NCBI RefSeq assembly: GCF_044704955.1
Contig: NC_091987.1
Coordinates: forward strand, 154,194,001-154,258,000
Origin: Pristiophorus japonicus
Lineage: Eukaryota
DNA length: 64,000 bases
Reading direction: 5' to 3'
Within the stretch, counting starts at the first letter, position 1. The number at the start of each line of letters is the position of its first letter. Under the pieces are notes generated by a model that saw only the letters and a list, made by a program, of their open reading frames with translations, did not search any database and was not told the DNA's origin. The position numbers and the translations under genes are program-made. Below are positions 15,001 to 30,000 of this stretch, piece after piece.

Positions 15001-18000
15001 GTGCTCCCTCAGTACTGCCCCTCCGACAGTGCAGCACTCCCTCAGTACTGCCCCTCCGACAGTGCAGTGCTCCCTCAGTACTGCCCCTCTGACAGTGCAG
15101 CGCTCCCTCAGTACTGTCCCTCTGACAGTAGACCATTCCCTCAGTATTGCCCCTCCGACAGTTCTGCACTCCCTCAGTACTGCCCCTCAGACAGTGCGCC
15201 GCTCCCTCAGTACTGCCCCTCAGACAGTGCGGCACTCCCGCAGTACATGCCCCTCAGACAGTGCGGCACTCCCTCAGTACTGCCCCTCAGACACTGCAGC
15301 GCTCCCTCAGTACTGCCCCTCAGACAGTGCAGCGCTTCCTCAGTACTGCTCCTCAGACAGTGCGCCACTCCCTCAGTACTGCCCCTCCGACAGTGCGGCG
15401 TTCCCTCAGTACTGCCCCTCCGACAGTGCAGTGCTCCCTCAGTACTGCCCCTCCGACAGTGCAGCACTCCCTCAGTACTTCCCCTCAGACAGTGAACCAT
15501 TCCCTCAGTACTGCCCCTCCGACAGTGCAGTGCTCCCTCAGTACTGCCCTTCCGACAGTGCAGCACTCTCTCAGTACTGCCCCTCAGACAGTGAACCTTT
15601 CCCTCAGTACTGCCCCTCCGACAGTGCAGTTCTCCCTCAGTACTGCCCCTCCGACAGTGCGGTGCTCCCTCAGTACTGCCCTTCAGACAGTGCAGCGCTC
15701 CCTCAGTACTGCCCCTCCGACAGAGCAGCGCTCCCTCAGTACTACCCCTCCGACAGAGCAGCGCTCCCTCAGTACTGCCCCTCCGACAGTGAACCTTTCC
15801 CTCAGTACTACCCCTCCGACAGTGCAGCACTCTCTCAGTACTGCCCCTCAGACAGTGAACCTTTCCCTCAGTACTGCCCCTCCGACAGTGCAGTTCTCCC
15901 TCAGTGCTGCCACTCCGACAATGCGGCGCTCACCCAGTACTGCCCCTCCGACAGTGCAGTGCTTCCTCAGTACTGCCCCTCCAACAGTGCAGTGCTTCCT
16001 CAGTACTGCCCCTCCAACAGTGCGGCGCTCCCTCAGTCCTGCCCCTCCAACAGTGCAGCACTCCCTCAGTACTGCCCCTCTGACAGTGCTGCGCTTCCTC
16101 AGTACTGCCCCTCCGACAGTGCGGCGTTCCCTCAGTACTGCCCCTCCGACAGTGAACCATTCCCTCAGTACTGCCCCTCCGACAATGCGGCGCTCACCCA
16201 GTACTGCCCCTCCAACACTGCAGCGCTTCCTCAGTACTGCCCCTCCGACAGTGCGGTGCTCCCTCAGTATTGCCCCTCCGACAGTGCAGCGCTCCCTCAG
16301 TACTGCCCCTCCGACAGTGCCGCACTCCCTCATTCCTGCCCCTCCGACAGTGCGGTGCTCCCTCAGTACAGCCCCTCCAACAGTGCAGCAGTCTCTCAGT
16401 ACTGCCCTTCCGACAGTGCGGGGCTCCCTCAGTCCTGCCCCTCCGATAGTGCAACGCTCCCTCAGTACTGCCCCTCCGACAGTGCAGCAGTCCCTCAGTA
16501 CTGCCCCTCCGACAGTACGATGCTCCCTCAGTACTGCCCCTCCGACACTGCAGCACTCCCTCAGTACTGCCCCTCCGGCAGTGCAGTGCTCCCTCAGTAC
16601 TGCCCCTCCGACAGTGCAGTGCTCCCTCAGTACTGCCCCTCCGACAGTGCGGCACTCCCTCAATACTGCCCCTCCGGCAGTGCGGTGCTCCCTCAGTACT
16701 GCCCCTCCGACAGTGCAGCACTCCCTCAGTACTGCCCCTCCAACAGTGCGGCGCACCCTCAGTACTGCACATCAGACAGTGTGGCACTCCCTCAGTACTG
16801 CTCCTCCGACAGTGCAGCACTCCCTCAGTACTGCCCCTCCGACAGTGCAGTGCTCCCTCAGTACTGCCCCTCTGACAGTGCAGCGCTCCCTCAGTACTGT
16901 CCCTCTGACAGTAGACCATTCCCTCAGTATTGCCCCTCCGACAGTGCTGCACTCCCTCAGTACTGCCCCTCAGACAGTGCACCGCTCCCTCAGTACTGCC
17001 CCTCAGACAGTGCGGCACTCCCGCAGTACATGCCCCTCAGACAGTGCGGCACTCCCTCAGTACTGCCCCTCAGACACTGCAGCGCTCCCTCAGTACTGCC
17101 CCTCAGACAGTGCAGCGCTCCCTCAGTACTGCTCCTCAGACAATGCGCCACTCCCTCAGTACTGCCCCTCCGACAGTGCGGCGTTCCCTCAGTACTGCCG
17201 CTCCGACAGTGCAGTGCTCCCTCAGTACTGCCCCTCCGACAGTGCAGCACTCCCTCAGTACTTCCCCTCAGACAGTGAACCATTCCCTCAGTACTGCCCC
17301 TCCGACAGTGCAGTGCTCCCTCAGTACTGCCCTTCCGACAGTGCAGCACTCTCTCAGTACTGCCCCTCAGACAGTGAACCTTTCCCTCAGTACTGCCCCT
17401 CCGACAGTGCAGTTCTCCCTCAGTACTGCCCCTCCGACAGTGCGGTGCTCCCTCAGTACTGCCCTTCAGACAGTGCAGCGCTCCCTCAGTACTGCCCCTC
17501 CGACAGAGCAGCACTCCCTCAGTACTGCCCCTCCGACAGTGCGGCGCTCCCTCAGTGCTGCCACTCCGACAATGCGGCGCTCACCCAGTACTGCCCCTCC
17601 GACAGTGCGGCGCTCCCTCAGTACTGCCCCTCCAACAGTGCAGCAGTCCCTCAGTACTGCCCCTCCGACAGTGCAGTGCTTCCTCAGTACTGACCCTCCA
17701 ACAGTGCGGCGCTCCCTCAGTACTGCTCCTCCAACAGTGCAGCACTCCCTCAGTACTGCCCCTCTGACAGTGCTGCGCTTCCTCAGTACTGCCCCTCCGA
17801 CAGTGCGGCGTTCCCTCAGTACTGCCCCTCCGACAGTGAACCATTCCCTCAGTACTGCCCCTCCGACAATGCGGCGCTCACCCAGTACTGCCCCTCCAAC
17901 ACTGCAGCGCTTCCTCAGTACTGCCCCTCCGACAGTGCGGTGCTCCCTCAGTATTGCCCCTCCGACAGTGCAGCGCTCCCTCAGTACTGCCCCTCCGACA

Positions 18001-21000
18001 GTGCCGCACTCCCTCATTCCTGCCCCTCCGACATTGCGGCGCTCCCTCAGTATTGCCCCTCCAACAGTGCAGCAGTCCCTCAGTACTGCCCCTCCGACAG
18101 TGCAGTGCTTCCTCAGTACTGCCCCTCTGACAGTGCTGCGCTTCCTCAGTACTGCCCCTCCGACAGTGCGGCGTTCCCTCAGTACTGCCCCTCCGACAGT
18201 GAACCATTCCCTCAGTACTGCCCCTCCGACAATGCGGCGCTCACCCAGTACTGCCCCTCCAACACTGCAGCGCTTCCTCAGTACTGCCCTTCCGACAGTG
18301 CGGCGCTCCCTCAGTACTGCCCCTCCAACAGTGCAGCAGTCCCTCAGTACTGCCCCTCCGACAGTGCAGCAGTCCCTCAGTACTGCCCCTCCGACAGTAC
18401 GATGCTCCCTCAGTACTGCCCCTCCGACACTGCAGTGCTCCCTCAGTGCTGCCCCTCAGACAGTGCGGCACTCCCTCAGTACTGCCCCTCCGACAGTGCG
18501 GCGTTCCCTCAGTAATGCCCCTCCGACAGTGCGGCACTCCCTCAGTACTGCCCCTCCGACACTGCGGTGCTCCCTCAGTACTGCCCTTCCGACAGTGCAG
18601 CACTCCTTCAGCACTGCCCCTCCGACAGTGTAGTGCTCCCTCAGTACTGCCCCTCCGACAGTGCGGCGCACCCTCAGTACTGCTCCTCCGACAGTGAACC
18701 ATTCCCTCAGTACTGCCCCTCAGTCAGTGAACCATTCCCTCAGTACTGCCCCTCCAACAGTGCAGTGCTCCCTCAGTACTGCCCTTCCGACAGTGCAGTG
18801 CTCCCTCAGTACTGCCCGTCCGACAGTGCAGCACTCCCTCAGTACTGCCCCTCAGACAGTGAACCATTCCCTCAGTACTGCCCCTCCAACAGTGCAGTGC
18901 TCCCTCAGTACTGCCCTTCCGACAGTGCAGTGCACCCTCAGTACTGCCCTTCCGACAGTGCAGCACTCTCTCAGTACTGCCCCTCAGACAGTGAACCATT
19001 CCCTCAGTACTGCCCCTCCGACAGTGCAGTTCTCCCTCAGTACTGCCCCTCCAACACTGCGGCGCACCCTCAGTACTGCCCCTCAGACAGTGTGGCACTC
19101 CCTCAGTACTGCTCCTCAGACAGTGTGGCACTCCCTCAATACTGCCCCTCCGACAGTGCGGTGCTCCCTCAGTACTGCCCCTCCGACAGTGCAGCACTCC
19201 CTCAGTACTGCCCCTCCGACAGTGCGGTGCTCCCTCAGTACTGCCCCTCCGACAGTGCGGCGCTCCCTCAGTACTGCCCCTCAGACAGTGCGGCACTCCC
19301 TCAGTACTGCCCCTCCGACAGTGCAGCACTCTCTCAGTACTGCCCCTCAGACAGTGCGGCACTCCCTCAGTACTGCCCCTCCAACACTGCGGCGCACCCT
19401 CAGTACTGCCCCTCAGACAGTGTGGCACTCCCTCAGTACTGCTCCTCAGACAGTGTGGCACTCCCTCAATACTGCCCCTCCGACAGTGCGGTGCTCCCTC
19501 AGTACTGCCCCTCCGACAGTGCAGCACTCCCTCAGTACTGCCCCTCCGACAGTGCGGTGCTCCCTCAGTACTGCCCCTCCGACAGTGCGGCGCTCCCTCA
19601 GTACTGCCCCTCAGACAGTGCGGCACTCCCTCAGTACTGCCCTTCCGACAGTGCAGCACTCTCTCAGTACTGCCCCTCAGACAGTGCGGCACTCCCTCAG
19701 TACTGCCCCTCAGACAGTGCGGCACTCCCTCAGTACTGCCCCTCAGACAGTGCGGCACTCCCTCAGTACTGCCCCTCCGACAGTGCGGCACTCCCTCAGT
19801 ACTGCCCCTCTGACAGTGCGCCACTCCCTCAATACTGCCCCTCCGACACTGCGGTGCTCCCTCAGTACTGCCCTTCCGACAGTGCACCACTCCTTCAGTA
19901 CTACCCCTCCAACACTGCAACGCTCCCTCAGTACTGCCCCTTCGACAGTGCAGTGCTCCCTCAGTATTGCCCCTCTGACAGTGCTGCGCTCCCTCAGTAC
20001 TGTCCCTCTGACAGTAGACCATTCCCTCAGTACTGCCCCTCCAACAGTGCGGCGCACCCTCAGTACTGCCCCTCAGACAGTGTGGCACTCCCTCAGTACT
20101 GCTCCTCAGACAGTGCGCCACTCCCTCAGTACTGCCCCTCCGACAGTGCGGCGTTCCCTCAGTAATGCCCCTCCGACAGTGCGGCATTCCCTCAATACTG
20201 CCCCTCCGACAGTGCGGTGCTCCCTCAGTACTGCCCCTCCGACAGTGCAGCACTCCCTCAGTACTGCCCCTCCGACAGTGCGGTGCTCCCTCAGTACTGC
20301 CCCTCCGACAGTGCGGCGCTCCCTCAGTACTGCCCCTCAGACAGTGCGGCACTCCCTCAGTACTGCCCCTCCGACAGTGCGGCGTTCCCTCAGTAATGCA
20401 CCTCCGACAGTGCGGCACTCCCTCAGTACTGCCCCTCCGACACTGCGGTGCTCCTTCAGTACTGCCCTTCCGACAGTGCAGCACTCCCTCAGTACTGCCC
20501 CTCCGACAGTGCAGCGCCCCTTTACTACTACCCCTCCAACACTGCAACGCTCCCTCAGTACTGCCCCTCCGACAGTGCGGCGCTCCCTCAGTACTGCTCC
20601 TCCGACAGTGCAGCACTCCCTCAGTACTGCCTCTCCGACAGTGCAGTGCTCCCTCAGTACTGCCCCTCCGACAGTGCGGCACTCCCTCAGTACTGCCCCT
20701 CAGACAGTGCGGCACTCCCTCAGTACTGCCCCTCCGACAGTGCGGCACTCCCTCAGTACTGCCCCTCTGACAGTGCGCCACTCCCTCAGTACTGCCCCTC
20801 CGACAGTGCTGCGCTCCCTCAGTACTGCCCCTCCAACACTGCAGCGCTCCCTCAGTACTGCCCCTCCGACAGTGCAGTGCTCCCTCAGTACTGCCCCTCT
20901 GACAGTGCTGCGCTCCCTCAGTACTGCCCCTCCAACAGTGCAGTGCTCCCTCAGTACTGCCCCTCTGACAGTGCTGCGCTCCCTCAGTACTGCCCCTCCG

Positions 21001-24000
21001 ACAGTGCGCCGCTCCCTCAGTACTGTCCCTCAGACAGTGCAGCGCTCCCACAGTACTGCCCCTCCAACACTGCAGCGCTTCCTCAGTACTGCCCCTCCGT
21101 CAGTGCGGCGCTCCCTCAGTACTGCCCCTCCAACACTGCAGCGCTCCCTCAGTACTGCCCCTCCGACAGTGCAGTGCTCCCTCAGTACTGCCCCTCCGAC
21201 AGTGCTGCGCTCCCTCAGTACTGCCCCTCCAACAGTGCAGTGCTCCCTCAGTACTGCCCCTCCGACAGTGCTGCGCTCCCTCAGTACTGTCCCTCAGACA
21301 GTGCAGCGCTCCCACAGTACTGCTCCTCAGACAGTGCGCCACTCCCTCAGTACTGCCCCTCCGACAGTGCAGCAGTCACTCAGTACTGCCCTTCCGACAG
21401 TGCGGGGCTCCCTCAGTTCTGCCCCTCCGACAGTGCAGCACTCCCTCAGTACTGCCCTTCCGACAGTGCAGTGCTCCCTCAGTCCTGCCCCTCCGACAGT
21501 GCAACGCTCCCTCAGTACTGCCCCTCCGACAGTGCAGCAGTCCCTCAGTACTGTCCCTCCGACAGTACGATGCTCCCTCAGTCCTGCCCCTCCGACAGTG
21601 CGGCACTCCCTCAGTACTGCCCTACCAACACTGCAGCGCTCCGTCAATAATGCCCCTATGACAGTGCGGCGCTCCCTCAGTACTGCCCCTCCGACAGTGT
21701 AGCACTCCCTTAGTACTGCCCCTCTGAAAGTGCCGCACTCCCTCAGTACGGCTCCTCCAACAGTGCAGCACTCCCTCAGTACTGCCCCTCCGACAGTGCG
21801 GGGCTCCCTCAGTACTGCCCCTCCGACAGTGCAGCGCTACCTCAGTACTACCCCTCAGACAGTGCGGCGCTCGCTCAGTACTGCCCCTCCGACAGTGCCG
21901 CACTCCCTCATTCCTGCCCCTCCGACAGTGCGGCGCTCCCTCAGTACTGCCCCTCCGACAATGCGACGCTCACCCAGTACTGCCCCTCCGACAGTGCAGT
22001 GCTCCCTCAGTACTGCCCCGACGACAGTGCAGTGCTCCCTCAGTACTGCCCCTCCGATAGTGCAGCACTCCCTCAGTACTGCCCCTCCGGCAGTGCAGTG
22101 CTCCCTCATACTGCCCCTCCGACAGTGCAGTGCTCCCTCAGTACTGCCCCTCTGACAGTGCTGCGCTCCCTCACTACTGTCCCTCTGACAGTAGGCCATT
22201 CCCTCAGTACTGCCCCTCCAACAGTGCGGCGCACCCTCAGTACTGCTCCTCAGACAGTGCGGCACTCCCTCAATACTGCCCCTCCGACAGTGTGGTGCTC
22301 CCTCAGTACTGCCCCTCCGACAGTGCAGCACTCCCTCAGTACTGCCCCTCCGACAGTGCGGTGCTCCCTCAGTACTGCCCCTCCGACAGTGCGGCGCTCC
22401 CTCAGTACTGCCCCTCAGACAGTGCGGCACTCCCTCAGTACTGCCCCTCCGACAGTGCGGCGTTCCTTCAGTAATGCCCCTCCGACAGTGCGGCACTCCC
22501 TCAATACTGCCCCTCCGACACTGCGGTGCTCCCTCAGTACTGCCCTTCCGACAGTGCAGCACTCCTTCAGTACTACCCCTCCAACACTGCAACGCTCCCT
22601 CAGTACTGCCCCTTCGACAGTGCAGTGCTCCCTCAGTATTGCCCCTCTGACAGTGCTGCGCTCCCTCAGTACTGTCCCTCTGACAGTAGACCATTCCCTC
22701 AGTACTGCCCCTCCAACAGTGCGGCGCACCCTCAGTACTGCCCCTCAGACAGTGTGGCACTCCCTCAGTACTGCTCCTCAGACAGTGCGCCACTCCCTCA
22801 GTACTGCCCCTCCGACAGTGCGGCGTTCCCTCAGTAATGCCCCTCCGACAGTGCGGCACTCCCTCAATACTGCCCCTCCGACAGTGCGGTGCTCCCTCAG
22901 TACTGCCCCTCCGACAGTGCAGCACTCCCTCAGTACTGCCCCTCCGACAGTGCGGTGCTCCCTCAGTACTGCCCCTCCGACAGTGCGGCGCTCCCTCAGT
23001 ACTGCCCCTCAGACAGTGCGACACTCCCTCAGTACTGCCCCTCCGACAGTGCGCCGTTCCCTCAGTAATGCACCTCCGACAGTGCGGCACTCCCTCAGTA
23101 CTGCCCCTCCGACACTGCGGTGCTCCCTCAGTACTGCCCTTCCGACAGTGCAGCACTCCCTCAGTACTGCCCCTCCGACAGTGCAGCGCCCCTTTACTAC
23201 TACCCCTCCAACACTGCAACGCTCCCTCAGTACTGCCCCTCCGACAGTGCGGCGCTCCCTCAGTACTGCTCCTCCGACAGTGCAGCACTCCCTCAGTACT
23301 GCCTCTCCGACAGTGCAGTGCTCCCTCAGTACTGCCCCTCTGACAGTGCAGCGCTCCCTCAGTACTGCCCCTCAGACAGTGCGGCACTCCCTCAGTACTG
23401 CCCCTCAGACAGTGCGGCACTCCCTCAGTACTGCCCCTCAGACAGTGCGGCACTCCCTCAGTACTGCCCCTCAGACAGTGCGGCACTCCCTCAGTACTGC
23501 CCCTCCGACAGTGCGGCACTCCCTCAGTACTGCCCCTCTGACAGTGCGCCACTCCCTCAATACTGCCCCTCCGACACTGCGGTGCTCCCTCAGTACTGCC
23601 CTTCCGACAGTGCAGCACTCCTTCAGTACTACCCCTCCAACACTGCAACGCTCCCTCAGTACTGCCCCTTCGACAGTGCAGTGCTCCCTCAGTATTGCCC
23701 CTCTGACAGTGCTGCGCTCCCTCAGTACTGTCCCTCTGACAGTAGACCATTCCCTCAGTACTGCCCCTCCAACAGTGCGGCGCACCCTCAGTACTGCCCC
23801 TCAGACAGTGTGGCACTCCCTCAGTACTGCTCCTCAGACAGTGCGCCACTCCCTCAGTACTGCCCCTCCGACAGTGCGGCGTTCCCTCAGTAATGCCCCT
23901 CCGACAGTGCGGCACTCCCTCAATACTGCCCCTCCGACAGTGCGGTGCTCCCTCAGTACTGCCCCTCCGACACTGCGGTGCTCCCTCAGTACTGCCCCTC

Positions 24001-27000
24001 CGACAGTGCGGTGCTCCCTCAGTACTGCCCCTCCGACAGTGCGGCGCTCCCTCAGTACTGCCCCTCAGACAGTGCGGCACTCCCTCAGTACTGCCCCTCC
24101 GACAGTGCGGCGTTCCCTCAGTAATGCACCTCCGACAGTGCGGCACTCCCTCAGTACTGCCCCTCCGACACTGCGGTGCTCCCTCAGTACTGCCCTTCCG
24201 ACAGTGCAGCACTCCCTCAGTACTGCCCCTCCGACAGTGCAGCGCCTCTTTACTACTACCCCTCCAACACTGCAACGCTCCCTCAGTACTGCCCCTCCGA
24301 CAGTGCGGCGCTCCCTCAGTACTGCTCCTCCGACAGTGCAGCACTCCCTCAGTACTGCCTCTCCGACAGTGCAGTGCTCCCTCAGTACTGCCCCTCCGAC
24401 AGTGCGGCACTCCCTCAGTACTGCCCCTCAGACAATGAGGCACTCCCTCAGTACTGCCCCTCAGACAGTGCGGCACTCCCTCAGTACTGCCCCTCCGACA
24501 GTGCGGCACTCCCTCAGTACTGCCCCTCTGACAGTGCGCCACTCCCTTAGTACTGCCCCTCCGACAGTGCTGCGCTCCCTCAGTACTGCCCCTCCAACAC
24601 TGCAGCGCTCCCTCAGTACTGCCCCTCCGACAGTGCAGTGCTCCCTCAGTACTGCCCCTCTGACAGTGCTGCGCTCCCTCAGTACTGCCCCTCCAACAGT
24701 GCAGTGCTCCCTCAGTACTGCCCCTCTGACAGTGCTGCGCTCCCTCAGTACTGCCCCTCCGACAGTGCGCCGCTCCCTCAGTACTGTCCCTCAGACAGTG
24801 CAGCGCTCCCACAGTACTGCCCCTCCAACACTGCAGCGCTTCCTCAGTACTGCCCCTCCGTCAGTGCGGCGCTCCCTCAGTACTGCCCCTCCAACACTGC
24901 AGCGCTCCCTCAGTACTGCCCCTCCGACAGTGCAGTGCTCCCTCAGTACTGCCCCTCCGACAGTGCTGCGCTCCCTCAGTACTGCCCCTCCAACAGTGCA
25001 GTGCTCCCTCAGTACTGCCCCTCCGACAGTGCTGCGCTCCTTCAGTACTGTCCCTCAGACAGTGCAGCGCTCCCACAGTACTGCTCCTCAGACAGTGCGC
25101 CACTCCCTCAGTACTGCCCCTCCGACAGTGCAGCAGTCACTCAGTACTGCCCTTCCGACAGTGCGGGGCTCCCTCAGTTCTGCCCCTCCGACAGTGCAGC
25201 ACTCCCTCAGTACTGCCCTTCCGACAGTGCAGTGCTCCCTCAGTCCTGCCCCTCCGACAGTGCAACGCTCCCTCAGTACTGCCCCTCCGACAGTGCAGCA
25301 GTCCCTCAGTACTGTCCCTCCGACAGTACGATGCTCCCTCAGTCCTGCCCCTCCGACAGTGCGGCACTCCCTCAGTACTGCCCTACCAACACTGCAGCGC
25401 TCCGTCAATAATGCCCCTATGACAGTGCGGCGCTCCCTCAGTACTGCCCCTCCGACAGTGCTGCGCTCCCTCAGTACTGCCCCTCTGACAGTGCTGCGCT
25501 CCCTCAGTACTGCCCCTCCAACAGTGCAGTGCTCCCTCAGTACTGCCCCTCTGACAGTGCTGCGCTCCCTCAGTACTGCCCCTCCGACAGTGCGCCGCTC
25601 CCTCAGTACTGTCCCTCAGACAGTGCAGCGCTCCCACAGTACTGCCCCTCCAACACTGCAGCGCTTCCTCAGTACTGCCCCTCCGTCAGTGCGGCGCTCC
25701 CTCAGTACTGCCCCTCCAACACTGCAGCGCTCCCTCAGTACTGCCCCTCCGACAGTGCAGTGCTCCCTCAGTACTGCCCCTCTGACAGTGCTGCGCTCCC
25801 TCAGTACTGCCCCTCCAACAGTGCAGTGCTCCCTCAGTACTGCCCCTCTGACAGTGCTGCGCTCCCTCAGAACTGCCCCTCCGACAGTGCGCCGCTCCCT
25901 CAGTACTGTCCCTCAGACAGTGCAGCGCTCCCACAGTACTGCTCCTCAGACAGTGCGCCACTCCCTCAGTACTGCCCCTCCGACAGTGCAGCAGTCACTC
26001 AGTACTGCCCTTCCGACAGTGCGGGGCTCCCTCAGTTCTGCCCCTCCGACAGTGCAGCACTCCCTCAGTACTGCCCTTCCGACAGTGCAGTGCTCCCTCA
26101 GTCCTGCCCCTCCGACAGTGCAACGCTCCCTCAGTACTGCCCCTCCGACAGTGTAGCACTCCCTTAGTACTGCCCCTCTGAAAGTGCCGCACTCCCTCAG
26201 TACGGCTCCTCCAACAGTGCAGCACTCCCTCAGTACTGCCCCTCCGACAGTGCGGGTCTCCCTCAGTACTGCCCCTCCGACAGTGCAGCGCTACCTCAGT
26301 ACTACCCCTCAGACAGTGCGGCGCTCGCTCAGTACTGCCCCTCCGACAGTGCCGCACTCCCTCATTCCTGCCCCTCCGACAGTGCGGCGCTCCCTCAGTA
26401 CTGCCCCTCCGACAATGCGACGCTCACCCAGTACTGCCCCTCCGACAGTGCAGTGCTCCCTCAGTACTGCCCCGACGACAGTGCAGTGCTCCCTCAGTAC
26501 TGCCCCTCCGATAGTGCAGCACTCCCTCAGTACTGCCCCTCCGGCAGTGCAGTGCTCCCTCATACTGCCCCTCCGACAGTGCAGTGCTCCCTCAGTACTG
26601 CCCCTCTGACAGTGCTGCGCTCCCTCACTACTGTCCCTCTGACAGTAGGCCATTCCCTCAGTACTGCCCCTCCAACAGTGCGGCGCACCCTCAGTACTGC
26701 TCCTCAGACAGTGCGGCACTCCCTCAATACTGCCCCTCCGACAGTGTGGTGCTCCCTCAGTACTGCCCCTCCGACAGTGCAGCACTCCCTCAGTACTGCC
26801 CCTCCGACAGTGCGGTGCTCCCTCAGTACTGCCCCTCCGACAGTGCGGCGCTCCCTCAGTACTGCCCCTCAGACAGTGCGGCACTCCCTCAGTACTGCCC
26901 CTCCGACAGTGCGGCGTTCCCTCAGTAATGCCCCTCCGACAGTGCGGCACTCCCTCAATACTGCCCCTCCGACACTGCGGTGCTCCCTCAGTACTGCCCT

Positions 27001-30000
27001 TCCGACAGTGCAGCACTCCTTCAGTACTACCCCTCCAACACTGCAACGCTCCCTCAGTACTGCCCCTTCGACAGTGCAGTGCTCCCTCAGTATTGCCCCT
27101 CTGACAGTGCTGCGCTCCCTCAGTACTGTCCCTATGACAGTAGACCATTCCCTCAGTACTGCCCCTCCAACAGTGCGGCGCACCCTCAGTACTGCCCCTC
27201 AGACAGTGTGGCACTCCCTCAGTACTGCTCCTCAGACAGTGCGCCACTCCCTCAGTACTGCCCCTCCGACAGTGCGGCGTTCCCTCAGTAATGCCCCTCC
27301 GACAGTGCGGCACTCCCTCAATACTGCCCCTCCGACAGTGCGGTGCTCCCTCAGTACTGCCCCTCCGACAGTGCAGCACTCCCTCAGTACTGCCCCTCCG
27401 ACAGTGCTGCGCTCCCTCAGTACTGCTCCTCCAACAGTGCAGTGCTCCCTCAGTACTGCCCCTCTGACAGTGCTGCGGTCCCTCAGTACTGCCCCTCCGA
27501 CAGTGCGCCGCTCCCTCAGTACTGTCCCTCAGACAGTGCAGCGCTCCCACAGTACTGCCCCTCCGACACTGCAGCGCTTCCTCAGTACTGCCCCTCCGTC
27601 AGTGCAGCACTCCCTCAGTACTGCCCCTCCGACAGTGCAGCGCCCCTTTACTACTACCCCTCCAACACTGCAACGCTCCCTCAGTACTGCCCCTCCGACA
27701 GTGCGGCGCTCCCTCAGTACTGCTCCTCCGACAGTGCAGCACTCCCTCAGTACTGCCTCTCCGACAGTGCAGTGCTCCCTCAGTACTGCCCCTCTGACAG
27801 TGCAGCGCTCCCTCAGTACTGCCCCTCAGACAGTGCGGCACTCCCTCAGTACTGCCCCTCAGACAGTGCGGCACTCCCTCAGTACTGCCCCTCAGACAGT
27901 GCGGCACTCCCTCAGTACTGCCCCTCCGACAGTGCGGCACTCCCTCAGTACTGCCCCTCTGACAGTGCGCCACTCCCTCAATACTGCCCCTCCGACACTG
28001 CGGTGCTCCCTCAGTACTGCCCTTCCGACAGTGCAGCACTCCTTCAGTACTACCCCTCCAACACTGCAACGCTCCCTCAGTACTGCCCCTTCGACAGTGC
28101 AGTGCTCCCTCAGTATTGCCCCTCTGACAGTGCTGCGCTCCCTCAGTACTGTCCCTCTGACAGTAGACCATTCCCTCAGTACTGCCCCTCCAACAGTGCG
28201 GCGCACCCTCAGTACTGCCCCTCAGACAGTGTGGCACTCCCTCAGTACTGCTCCTCAGACAGTGCGCCACTCCCTCAGTACTGCCCCTCCGACAGTGCGG
28301 CGTTCCCTCAGTAATGCCCCTCCGACAGTGCGGCACTCCCTCAATACTGCCCCTCCGACAGTGCGGCACTCCCTCAGTACTGCCCCTCCGACAGTGCGGT
28401 GCTCCCTCAGTACTGCCCCTCCGACAGTGCGGCGCTCCCTCAGTACTGCCCCTCAGACAGTGCGGCACTCCCTCAGTACTGCCCCTCCGACAGTGCGGCG
28501 TTCCCTCAGTAATGCACCTCCGACAGTGCGGCACTCCCTCAGTACTGCCCCTCCGACACTGCGGTGCTCCCTCAGTACTGCCCTTCCGACAGTGCAGCAC
28601 TCCCTCAGTACTGCCCCTCCGACAGTGCAGCGCCCCTTTACTACTACCCCTCCAACACTGCAACGCTCCCTCAGTACTGCCCCTCCGACAGTGCGGCGCT
28701 CCCTCAGTACTGCCCCTCCGACAGTGCAGCACTCCCTCAGTACTGCCCCTCCGACAGTGCGGTGCTCCCTCAGTACTGCCCCTCCGACAGTGCGGCGCTC
28801 CCTCAGTACTGCCCCTCAGACAGTGCGGCACTCCCTCAGTACTGCCCCTCCGACAGTGCGGCGTTCCCTCAGTAATGCCCCTCCGACAGTGCGGCACTCC
28901 CTCAATACTGCCCCTCCGACACTGCGGTGCTCCCTCAGTACTGCCCTTCCGACAGTGCAGCACTCCTTCAGTACTACCCCTCCAACACTGCAACGCTCCC
29001 TCAGTACTGCCCCTTCGACAGTGCAGTGCTCCCTCAGTATTGCCCCTCTGACAGTGCTGCGCTCCCTCAGTACTGTCCCTCTGACAGTAGACCATTCCCT
29101 CAGTACTGCCCCTCCAACAGTGCGGCGCACCCTCAGTACTGTCCCCTCAGACAGTGTGGCACTCCCTCAGTACTGCTCCTCAGACAGTGCGCCACTCCCT
29201 CAGTACTGCCCCTCCGACAGTGCGGCGTTCCCTCAGTAATGCCCCTCCGACAGTGCGGCACTCCCTCAATACTGCCCCTCCGACAGTGCGGTGCTCCCTC
29301 AGTACTGCCCCTCCGACAGTGCAGCACTCCCTCAGTACTGCCCCTCCGACAGTGCTGCGCTCCCTCAGTACTGCTCCTCCAACAGTGCAGTGCTCCCTCA
29401 GTACTGCCCCTCTGACAGTGCTGCGCTCCCTCAGTACTGCCCCTCCGACAGTGCGCCGCTCCCTCAGTACTGTCCCTCAGACAGTGCAGCGCTCCCACAG
29501 TACTTCCCCTCCGACACTGCAGCGCTTCCTCAGTACTGCCCCTCCGTCAGTGCAGCACTCCCTCAGTACTGCCCCTCCGACAGTGCAGCGCCCCTTTACT
29601 ACTACCCCTCCAACACTGCAACGCTCCCTCAGTACTGCCCCTCCGACAGTGCGGCGCTCCCTCAGTACTGCTCCTCCGACAGTGCAGCACTCCCTCAGTA
29701 CTGCCTCTCCGACAGTGCAGTGCTCCCTCAGTACTGCCCCTCTGACAGTGCAGCGCTCCCTCAGTACTGCCCCTCAGACAGTGCGGCACTCCCTCAGTAC
29801 TGCCCCTCAGACAGTGCGGCACTCCCTCAGTACTGCCCCTCAGACAGTGCGGCACTCCCTCAGTACTGCCCCTCCGACAGTGCGGCACTCCCTCAGTACT
29901 GCCCCTCTGACAGTGCGCCACTCCCTCAATACTGCCCCTCCGACACTGCGGTGCTCCCTCAGTACTGCCCTTCCGACAGTGCAGCACTCCTTCAGTACTA

